In this document: positions 9,449-17,169 of the stretch, one piece after another
Layout of the letters: each line of letters starts with the position of its first letter
Position numbering within the stretch: the stretch's first letter is position 1
Source of the DNA: an uncultured Fibrobacterota bacterium
GTDB taxonomy: Bacteria; Fibrobacterota; OXYB2-FULL-49-7; CAYNYI01
Reading direction: 5' to 3'
Assembly: GCA_964401455.1 (NCBI GenBank)
Contig: CAYNYI010000004.1
Span: forward strand, 1 to 57,978
Length of the DNA stretch: 57,978 nt
The notes under the pieces: model-generated
Told to the model about the DNA's origin: nothing
The model's database searches: none
The model's input: only the letters and a program-made list of their open reading frames with translations
Program-made: the position numbers and the translations under genes

Positions 9449-11588
9449 AAAACCCGGATTTGAAGAACTCAGAAAAAAAGCCGAAGAATACCTGGCTTCA
9501 ATTGAAAAAGAAGGCCTGACGCATAGCGGCGCCCTTCCGGAATCTTCTACAGAAGACCTGAAGTCCGCTCTCAACGAGCTCATGGTATACCAAGTGGAGC
9601 TTGAAATTCAGAATGAAGAGCTCAGAAGAGCACAAAGCGAACTGGAGAGAACCAGGGACAGATACTCACACCTTTTCAGCAATGCCCCCGCAGGTTATGT
9701 TCTCCTCGACGAATCCGGAATCATTTTTCAGGCCAATGCCACCTTCGAGAATATGACCGGTCATGACTCAGTCTTTCTTAATAACCGTCCTTTTCAAGAG
9801 CTTATAGCCAACGAGGACAAAAATATATTTCTCGCGCGGTACAAAGCTTTTTTTAAAAACCCAAAAAACAAAGCCATGGAACTGAAAATTAAAACCGCCG
9901 GAGGGGACATCCTGCATTCAAGGCTCGAAGGGCGGCATGAGCACAAAATGAGCCGACTCTTCGGGAGAGAAAAATCAAAAGACCTGTTTTTTTTAATAAT
10001 ATCAGATATATCCGATCTTCGGAAATCCCATGACGCCCTCTCAGTCAGCGAAACCCGGTTTAAAAATTTTTTCAGGAATATGACTGCCGGAGCAGTCCTT
10101 TACAGGGTTTCCTCCTCCGGAGAAAATTTTATCATAGAGGATATGAACCCCGCCGCGGAAAAAATCCTGAGCATTAAAAAGAATGAAACAAAAAATAAGC
10201 CGGTCGAAGAATCCTTTCCAGCCGCAAAAGAATTCGGTATAATAAAAGCACTTAAAAAAGCCGCTTCTGACGGTAACCCTGTTTTTATTCCGGCTTCCGA
10301 TTATAAAGACGGCCGAATTGATAGATTTCTGGAAAACACCGTATTCAGGCTCTCAGAAGACATAATCGCCGCTGTTTTTGAAGACAAGACAGAGAGCAGG
10401 AAAATGGAGAAAATGATCAGACACGCGGCCAAGATGCAGGCGATAGGGCAGCTTGCCGGAGGAATAGCACATGACTTCAATAACATACTAAGCGGTATTA
10501 TAGGCTATTCCGACATGACTCTTTCCTTTCTTCCGGAAGAGGGAATCCCGAGAAAGAACATAGAGCGGGTACTTAAAGCGGCTGACAGAGCCAAAAGCCT
10601 GACAGACCAGATACTGACCTTCAGCAGACAAAACACCGATGTAAAAAAAGCTGTTTCTCTTAAACCCGTGATTAATGAGGTTCTCGACTTCATTAAGGCG
10701 TCTCTTCCGGCCACCGTAAGTCTGAATGCGGAGATCGCTGATAAAACCGCGCCTGTGTACGCGGACACCAATAAGGTTCATGAAGCGCTAATAAACCTTT
10801 GCACCAATGCTTTCCAGGCTGCCGGAGATTCCGGCAGCATATCGGTCTCGCTTTATGAAAAAATGATTGACCGGGGAAAAACCACCGAAATCGGCATACT
10901 TCCAAGAGGGAAATATACAGTTGTAAGCGTATCCGATAACGGCGGAGGTATTTCAAACGAGACAATAAACAGAATGTTCGAGCCTTTCTACACGACAAAA
11001 AAGGACGGGAAAGGCACGGGCCTGGGGCTTGCCGTGGTTTACGGCATAATGGAAGCCCATAACGGTGGAATAACAGTTAAAAGCTCCCCTCCCGAAGGCA
11101 GCAAAATATCACTCTATTTCCCCGCGACCGATTGTCGGAAAACAGAAATCCCGGCCAATCGGCAGGACCCCGAAAATTTCAGGGGAACCGAGACCGTCCT
11201 GATTTGCGATGATGAGGAGATGATTACGGAGCTCCTGGGGGAAATACTCAAGTCTTTAGGTTATAAAACAGTAGAATGCATAAGCTCATCGGAAGCCCTC
11301 GCGAGATTCACAGATTCACCCGGCAAATTCGATGTTCTTATAACCGACCAGGTAATGCCGGGAATGACGGGGCTGGAACTCATCCGCAGAATAAAATTAA
11401 AAAGACCGGATATACCGGTAATGCTCTGCACCGGATACGGCTCCGGAGTGAGCAAGGAAATGGCCCTGAAAACCGGAGTCTCCACTTTCCTTATGAAACC
11501 TGTCGATAAACTGGAACTTCTTTTTGAATTACGAAAGATAATTGACGGAAAAACAAGTACTGAAAAAAAGGAGATCGAAAATGACTAA
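9441..11588 (+). CDS. Hybrid PAS sensor histidine kinase/response regulator with N-terminal coiled coil
   Basis: N-terminal ELMVYQVELEIQNEELRRAQSELE, two PAS domains, [17 protein letters not shown], receiver CDDEE..TDQVMPGMTG..MKP. Overlaps the cheBR stop by 8 nt. Confidence 0.92.
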   Translation: MAEKPGFEELRKKAEEYLASIEKEGLTHSGALPESSTEDLKSALNELMVYQVELEIQNEELRRAQSELERTRDRYSHLFSNAPAGYVLLDESGIIFQANATFENMTGHDSVFLNNRPFQELIANEDKNIFLARYKAFFKNPKNKAMELKIKTAGGDILHSRLEGRHEHKMSRLFGREKSKDLFFLIISDISDLRKSHDALSVSETRFKNFFRNMTAGAVLYRVSSSGENFIIEDMNPAAEKILSIKKNETKNKPVEESFPAAKEFGIIKALKKAASDGNPVFIPASDYKDGRIDRFLENTVFRLSEDIIAAVFEDKTESRKMEKMIRHAAKMQAIGQLAGGIAHDFNNILSGIIGYSDMTLSFLPEEGIPRKNIERVLKAADRAKSLTDQILTFSRQNTDVKKAVSLKPVINEVLDFIKASLPATVSLNAEIADKTAPVYADTNKVHEALINLCTNAFQAAGDSGSISVSLYEKMIDRGKTTEIGILPRGKYTVVSVSDNGGGISNETINRMFEPFYTTKKDGKGTGLGLAVVYGIMEAHNGGITVKSSPPEGSKISLYFPATDCRKTEIPANRQDPENFRGTETVLICDDEEMITELLGEILKSLGYKTVECISSSEALARFTDSPGKFDVLITDQVMPGMTGLELIRRIKLKRPDIPVMLCTGYGSGVSKEMALKTGVSTFLMKPVDKLELLFELRKIIDGKTSTEKKEIEND

Positions 11589-12270
11589 CGAAAAGAGAAT
11601 CGAAGAACTGATAGAAGAAAATGACAGACTTAGAGAAGAGATTGATACGATTTCCGAAAGATTAAATCTTTCCCTCTCTGCCGGGAATCTTGCCTGGTGG
11701 GAATGGGACATAAAAGAAAACAGAGTGCAATACAATCGAATGAAAGTCGAAATGCTGGGCTATACCGTGGAAGATTTCAAAGACTGCGGATTCGAGGCGT
11801 TTACCGCTCTTGTCCATCCGGACGACCATTCCGCGGCGATGGAAGCTATGAGAAAGCACATGACCGGTAAAGCGCCTCTTTATGAAGTGGAATACAGAAT
11901 AAGGGCCAAAAACGGAGAATATAAATGGTATTATGACAGAGGCTCCATAACAGAAAGAGACGACTCCGGCGCTCCGCTTTGCGCAAAGGGTATAGTATTC
12001 GACATTACCGAGAAAAAGAAAGTCGAGTTGTACAAAAACCAGCTGATCTATGACCTGAACAAAGCCCTGAAAGAAATAAAAACACTCAGAGGTATCCTTC
12101 CTATATGCTCATACTGTAAAAAAGTCAGAGACGACAATGGGTATTGGGAGCAGGTCGAAAATTACATAAGTGACAAATCAGACGCCGATTTTTCTCATAC
12201 AGTCTGTCCCTCATGTCTCGAAAAACACTTCCCTGAAATAAAAGAGAAAGGAACGGGAGAAAATATTTAA
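11581..12270 (+). CDS. PAS_3 protein with C-terminal Cys/His metal-binding domain
   Basis: PAS_3 (WWEWD..VHPDD..YEVEYRIR..YKW..DRG), then LPICSYCKKVRDDNGYW..FSHTVCPSC. ATG 11581 has an AAGGAG SD. Confidence 0.85.
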   Translation: MTNEKRIEELIEENDRLREEIDTISERLNLSLSAGNLAWWEWDIKENRVQYNRMKVEMLGYTVEDFKDCGFEAFTALVHPDDHSAAMEAMRKHMTGKAPLYEVEYRIRAKNGEYKWYYDRGSITERDDSGAPLCAKGIVFDITEKKKVELYKNQLIYDLNKALKEIKTLRGILPICSYCKKVRDDNGYWEQVENYISDKSDADFSHTVCPSCLEKHFPEIKEKGTGENI

Positions 12271-12274
12271 AAAC

Positions 12275-13330
12275 TCAGGGGACTCTGGCATCAAGTTTTT
12301 TTTGAAGTTTTTTTTCGGAGAATTCTTTTTCTCCTGTTATTTTTTCCCACATACGGGCATCTTCCATACAAAAATAGAAGCATATACCGGGATCATTTTT
12401 TTTGAGACAGCTGTAAAGATGCCTGTAAAGTTCTTCGCGAATTTTTCTGAAATATCTCAACTTGCCGTCGGGACATTTCACAAATTCTCCATAAATAATC
12501 TTTGAAGACGGAAAACGCTGTCTTATTATGTTCTTAAGACCGGGCATAAAACGAAAAGCTCCTGCAGAGATCCATCTTATTGATGAAGCAGGGACTTTAC
12601 TGTACAGATAATCGATGACTTCGGAATAACCCCGCTTCCATCCTTCATGAAGAATCAGAGGATCAAAATGAAAAGCGGTATAATAACCGGCCGATGCCGC
12701 AAGTGCCGCGGCGTCTATTCTCTCAAAAGGTCCGGGAGAGCCGTATTCCTCGGAGGAACTTACTGACCGGGCATTCAGGCTCCAGGCAAGAACGGTCCTG
12801 CCGCCGTGATTCAAGGGAAGCAGTCTTTCTATATTTGTCAGCTTCGATTTAACCTCGAATAAAACATTTTTCTTATCCGAAAAATAGTTTATAAGCTTCT
12901 CAGAAAAATGATTCAGATGTTCAAGAGCCAGACTGTCGGTAAATTCCCCGGAGCCGATTCTAAGAGTTTCTCCTTTGGCCAGAGCTTCATCCAGTTCAGT
13001 AAAAAGTTTTTTCTGGTTAGTATAATATGTCATGGCCGAGTTTTTAAAATATGCCTGTAAAATACAGTATGAACACTCCATAGGACAGCCTTCTGCCTGC
13101 GAGAGCACCTTATAGCCGCAGCAGATATATTCTTCGCCCGTTCCCGGACAATCCTTTAAATAACGGCCCTCTTTCTCTGAAAGATGAACGATATCTGTAT
13201 TCTCCCGATTTTGTGGGTCCGAAAGATTAATTATTTCTGACCCCGATGAGTTTTTTAAAAATTCGGAAGCCTCACAGCTGCCGAGAGAACCGGGACTTAC
13301 AGAAATCCTGCGGGGAATATATTTCATCAT
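12275..13330 (-). CDS. Spore-photoproduct-lyase-like radical SAM protein
   Basis: CxxxCxxC (CPMECSYC) followed by ILQAYF, RIGSGEFTDSL, AWSLN, FHFDP and DGKLRYF, as in the SplB family. Confidence 0.8.
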   Translation of the reverse strand: MMKYIPRRISVSPGSLGSCEASEFLKNSSGSEIINLSDPQNRENTDIVHLSEKEGRYLKDCPGTGEEYICCGYKVLSQAEGCPMECSYCILQAYFKNSAMTYYTNQKKLFTELDEALAKGETLRIGSGEFTDSLALEHLNHFSEKLINYFSDKKNVLFEVKSKLTNIERLLPLNHGGRTVLAWSLNARSVSSSEEYGSPGPFERIDAAALAASAGYYTAFHFDPLILHEGWKRGYSEVIDYLYSKVPASSIRWISAGAFRFMPGLKNIIRQRFPSSKIIYGEFVKCPDGKLRYFRKIREELYRHLYSCLKKNDPGICFYFCMEDARMWEKITGEKEFSEKKLQKKLDARVP

Positions 13331-14280
13331 GGCTCCAAATCAATAAGTTCCCGGGTACTTTGGCTATTCAGAAAATCGCGGAGTTGCGAGGCCTTGTCCA
13401 TAGCTTCGGAAGAGGAGCAGAAGGAAAAAGCGATTCTGTGCCTCCTCTCCTCCAGGATATCACTTGCCGAAAATTCTATCCCGGAAGGAACAGAAACTGT
13501 TTTCTTTTTAGCTTTGTATTTATTGAAAAACTCAGATATTTCAGGATTTCTCAAAGCCTCAAGGTATGATAAAATCTTCGCCAGTTTCTGCGGAGGGTTT
13601 AATTGTTCATTTTCAATCAAATTTTTAATAGCGGCGCTTTCTAAAATGTCTTTCATTGAGGTTTCGTCACGCGCGGAGATATCCGACAGATTTTCTAAAA
13701 TGGCAATTTGTTTGTTTTTTCCGGGTGTCAATTTTCGAAACAAAGAGGCCAGCAATTCTCTTTCCTCAACCTTAAAGCGGGCCGCGATTATAATAGATTC
13801 GGGGGGCATAAGGCCGGCTGCGGCCGCAGATTTAAATTCATCGCCGGAAAAGAGTATATTTTCCATAAGGCCGGCGCTGAACCTTCGAAGGCCGAACTCA
13901 TTTTCAAAGCCTTCGATTGTCTCAGACGGGAAACGGTACAGCCGGAGGGCTTTTACTATATTCATTTTCTCTATGATGTTCAATTCCCTGAATGAAAGAT
14001 TATCGTTCAGGGCTATTTTCATACAATCCTGCTCAGAAGTTTCATCCGGCAGCACTATGCAGTCAGCTTCTGAGTATCCTTCGGCCAACGCTGCTTCGAT
14101 TCTTTTATACCCGCAGACAATATCGTATTTACATCCGGACTTTTTCAGGACAGGCGGTGATATCATTCCGACATTTCTTATGGACAATCTTAAATCCTGC
14201 AGACAGAAGCCATAAGAGAAACAGAATTTCAGGGCTTTTCTTTCTATGCGGTCAATTACGATTCTAACAGTCTCAGACAT
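13327..14280 (-). CDS. ParB/Srx-like N-terminal domain protein
   Basis: LSIRNVGMISPP..DIVCGYKRIEAA (Box II-like) and DNLSFRELNIIEK (Box III-like). True start is probably ATG 14280, right after the upstream stop. The 14643 start lies inside the neighbouring gene. Confidence 0.72.
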   Translation of the reverse strand: MSETVRIVIDRIERKALKFCFSYGFCLQDLRLSIRNVGMISPPVLKKSGCKYDIVCGYKRIEAALAEGYSEADCIVLPDETSEQDCMKIALNDNLSFRELNIIEKMNIVKALRLYRFPSETIEGFENEFGLRRFSAGLMENILFSGDEFKSAAAAGLMPPESIIIAARFKVEERELLASLFRKLTPGKNKQIAILENLSDISARDETSMKDILESAAIKNLIENEQLNPPQKLAKILSYLEALRNPEISEFFNKYKAKKKTVSVPSGIEFSASDILEERRHRIAFSFCSSSEAMDKASQLRDFLNSQSTRELIDLEP

Positions 14281-14281
14281 A

Positions 14282-15526
14282 TTATTCTCCGTTAAAAAAA
14301 CAATTTTCATTCTCCGGACGGTATTCAAGCATAATAGAATCCCGGAGATCTGCCAAACTTCTGAAGTCAGTCTTTTCTGTAACTGAAAAAACCACCGGTC
14401 CGGGCGTTTTACCACAATAAGGGTTACAGAACAAAGCTTTATTCTCGGAGCGATATTCATATCCGTCCGAGACTTTATACTCACCGTTTTTATTAAAATA
14501 AATATTTCCGGAATGCTCAAGCCCGGATACCGAGCCTGACTGCACCGCAAAAGGATATACAATTCCGGATTCATTATAGAAAACATTATTTTTAATGTAG
14601 ATCCCGTCATTCCGCTCACACTTGCCCTTAAGGGACTTAACATGAACTATGCCAAGCTTCGGTGGGCTGTAACGGGTCCGTCCTCCGCAGTTCATAAAGA
14701 TGTTTCCAATTATACTGAAATTTTTACTTCCGAAAGAAACTACAGCCCCGTGCGGACAATCTACAAAAATAGAATTACTGACGGTCTGGTCAACCACATT
14801 ATATTCCAGACCCGGAAACGAGGAGGCCCCTCCCCCTACCGCCGGATCCCAGGCTGCCTTGGACTGTGGCCCAAAAAGGCAGCTTTCATATCTTATTCCG
14901 GAGCATCCGCATTTCGGATAGGAGAGCTGGTTACCAAGAGTATCAATGTGAAAAAACCAGCAGTTTTTAATAAGAACATTCTTAGATCTGATCATGTCCA
15001 AACATTCTTCATATTCCCGGTTTCCCTTTTTTTCTTCATTCAGTCCAGGAGAGTGCGATATACAGTTCAAGATGGAAATATTTTCTGAGAAATTCCCCGG
15101 GGGCACGGTTATCTTGATACAGTCACCTTGTCCAAACGCGTTGTGAATATAACAGCCCTTTATTATAACATTGCGGCATGCTGAAATTTTCAGGGCATTA
15201 TCACCGCTGTTTCTAATTTCCAGACCTTCAATTAAAATGTTTGAACAGTCATTAAATGATAAAAGCTCCTTACGGGGAGTTTTACCCGGTCCGTTGATTA
15301 CAGCCTTTCCCGGACCTTCCCCGGAGATAACCGCTATATTTTTCTTTTTGCTGACCCACCCGACCGGCTTCAGAAAATAGTTTCCGGAAGAAAGACACAA
15401 CGTATCGTGGTCTTTAAGAGCCATTAAGGCCGGGCGGAGTTCCGGCGCACTCCAGTTAATAACTTCGGTAAAAACAGGAAAAACAACTAAGAAGACCAAT
15501 AAGACTGCGTTAAAAAAACAATTCAT
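14282..15526 (-). CDS. Secreted right-handed parallel beta-helix (pectin-lyase-like fold) protein
   Basis: Signal-like N-terminus. Repeated NI(L/I)IxGxxI, NxFxN and IKNNVFYN strands. Clear paralog of 15523-17169. Confidence 0.75.
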   Translation of the reverse strand: MNCFFNAVLLVFLVVFPVFTEVINWSAPELRPALMALKDHDTLCLSSGNYFLKPVGWVSKKKNIAVISGEGPGKAVINGPGKTPRKELLSFNDCSNILIEGLEIRNSGDNALKISACRNVIIKGCYIHNAFGQGDCIKITVPPGNFSENISILNCISHSPGLNEEKKGNREYEECLDMIRSKNVLIKNCWFFHIDTLGNQLSYPKCGCSGIRYESCLFGPQSKAAWDPAVGGGASSFPGLEYNVVDQTVSNSIFVDCPHGAVVSFGSKNFSIIGNIFMNCGGRTRYSPPKLGIVHVKSLKGKCERNDGIYIKNNVFYNESGIVYPFAVQSGSVSGLEHSGNIYFNKNGEYKVSDGYEYRSENKALFCNPYCGKTPGPVVFSVTEKTDFRSLADLRDSIMLEYRPENENCFFNGE

Positions 15527-17169
15527 CTTATAAGCACAACTTTTTTGGATATTTTAAAATCCGAGGATTTGATATCGACATAAAAAACACCCGACGGATA
15601 ATTACCGGCATCCCAGTTAAAAGAGCTTTGTCCGCCCTCTGTTTTTTCCTGCGAAAGGACAGCGACAAGTTTTCCTGAAAGATCTCTTATCTCAGGCCGA
15701 ACTTGCCGAAGGACGCCAAAAATCCCTTTTACGTTCAGCCTGAGAAACGAATTAAAAGGATTGGGGAAAGCGGTGATTTCTATTTCAGGTTCTTTGTAAT
15801 AAGAATTTTCAATAAAATTTTTGTGATCACCGTAAGGACCGATGTCCCATAAATTCCCATCCCTGACATTTCCGTTAATATCAGTCTCTACGGAAGGATA
15901 AGGGATAGACGAAGCATCCGCTCCGGCGGAAATACCAGAAAAACCGTTATCCGGAACGAGAGAAGCGATAATCGATCCGCGAAGCGAATCAAGCTTCTTC
16001 CAGGTATTATGAACAGATGTGTCCGGTTTTGGAAAAGCCGGGGAAGTGTTTGCGTAAGCGGACTCAAATACCGCGGCGGATTCATCTGAAGGGTCGAATT
16101 CAGCGGATGGAAAATAATTCCGGCCCGCATTATAAAAGGCGTTGTTATCATGGTTTACCCCGCTGACATTTCCCGCCTGGCGGGCCATGACATAGGACGG
16201 AACAAAAACGGAATTATAGAATATATTGTTAAATATATGAAAACCGTCATTATTCTCAGAGTTCTGGTCGGATTTCACATGTATGATTCCGAGTACAGAA
16301 GGAGAGAGCCTTGTCCTTTCTGCGCAATCGAAGAAGAGATTGTTGTAAATATAATAATCCTTTGTGCCGAACGACCCGAGGGCGCCGCCGTGGCACTCAA
16401 TGAATACTGAATTTTTTACACATTGCCTCCAGACATTATAATCAGTTTCATTGGCCGCCGCCCCGCCACCTACAGCCGGGTCCCAGGCTATTGTTGACTG
16501 GGGACCGAAAAGACACCTGTTATAAACAATATCCTCGCAGTCTCCCTTGGGGTAGGACAGCTGATTACCGGAGGAAGAATCCAGATGAAAAAACCAGCAA
16601 TCCTCAACAAGGGCGTTTCTCGTGTACATAAAATCCAGGCATTCCTCAAATTCGGCACCCGCCGATCCGGAATTAAGACCGGGACTGTGCAGAATACACC
16701 CGGAAACCGTTATATTCTCGGAGAAGGAACCGTTGAATCGCGTTATTTTAATGCAGTCCCCCTGCCCGGCGGCGCCGTGAATATAGCAATTTTTGATAGT
16801 ACTGTTTGTGCAGCCGCCGAGTTTAAGTATATTGTCGCCTGAGTTCCTGATCTCAAGCCCTTCGATAAGCAAAGAATCGCATCCGGAAAATACAATAAGT
16901 TCGGTGCCGATCGGTATATTATGCCCGAAAATCACGGCCTCACCGGGACCGCCGCCGGATATAAGCGCGACATTCCGAAGCCCTTCTATCCACGCCCTTT
17001 CGGTCATAAGATATTCTCCCGCGGACAGTATCAGAGTATCGTTGTCAGAAAGGTTCTTAAGATAAGTTCCGATTAGGCCCGGTTGAAGGGTTGTAGTTTT
17101 GGCTACGGAAATACCCGGTAGAAAACACAAAGGCAGAAGTACAAGCAGTATAATTGACTTTCTGATCAG
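15523..17169 (-). CDS. Secreted right-handed beta-helix protein with T9SS/Por-type C-terminal sorting domain
   Basis: Beta-helix repeats, a DINGNVR..WDIGPY linker and the CTD AFPNPFN..IRDLSGKLV..WDAGNYPSGVFYV..KKVVLIR. The frame stays open to CTG 17169/ATC 17166, which supplies a full signal peptide (IRKSIILLVLLPLCFLPGISVA). The supplied start is TTG 17130. Confidence 0.78.
   Translation of the reverse strand: MIRKSIILLVLLPLCFLPGISVAKTTTLQPGLIGTYLKNLSDNDTLILSAGEYLMTERAWIEGLRNVALISGGGPGEAVIFGHNIPIGTELIVFSGCDSLLIEGLEIRNSGDNILKLGGCTNSTIKNCYIHGAAGQGDCIKITRFNGSFSENITVSGCILHSPGLNSGSAGAEFEECLDFMYTRNALVEDCWFFHLDSSSGNQLSYPKGDCEDIVYNRCLFGPQSTIAWDPAVGGGAAANETDYNVWRQCVKNSVFIECHGGALGSFGTKDYYIYNNLFFDCAERTRLSPSVLGIIHVKSDQNSENNDGFHIFNNIFYNSVFVPSYVMARQAGNVSGVNHDNNAFYNAGRNYFPSAEFDPSDESAAVFESAYANTSPAFPKPDTSVHNTWKKLDSLRGSIIASLVPDNGFSGISAGADASSIPYPSVETDINGNVRDGNLWDIGPYGDHKNFIENSYYKEPEIEITAFPNPFNSFLRLNVKGIFGVLRQVRPEIRDLSGKLVAVLSQEKTEGGQSSFNWDAGNYPSGVFYVDIKSSDFKISKKVVLIR

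Noticed and set aside
14281-14643. N-terminal extensions in the ORF track (ParB-like from 14643; also thrS 29826, mcsB 43985, lolD 45167, porin 53332)
   Set aside because: They overlap neighbouring genes, the tRNA or a promoter. Downstream starts fit the domain boundaries, and mostly the SD positions, better.
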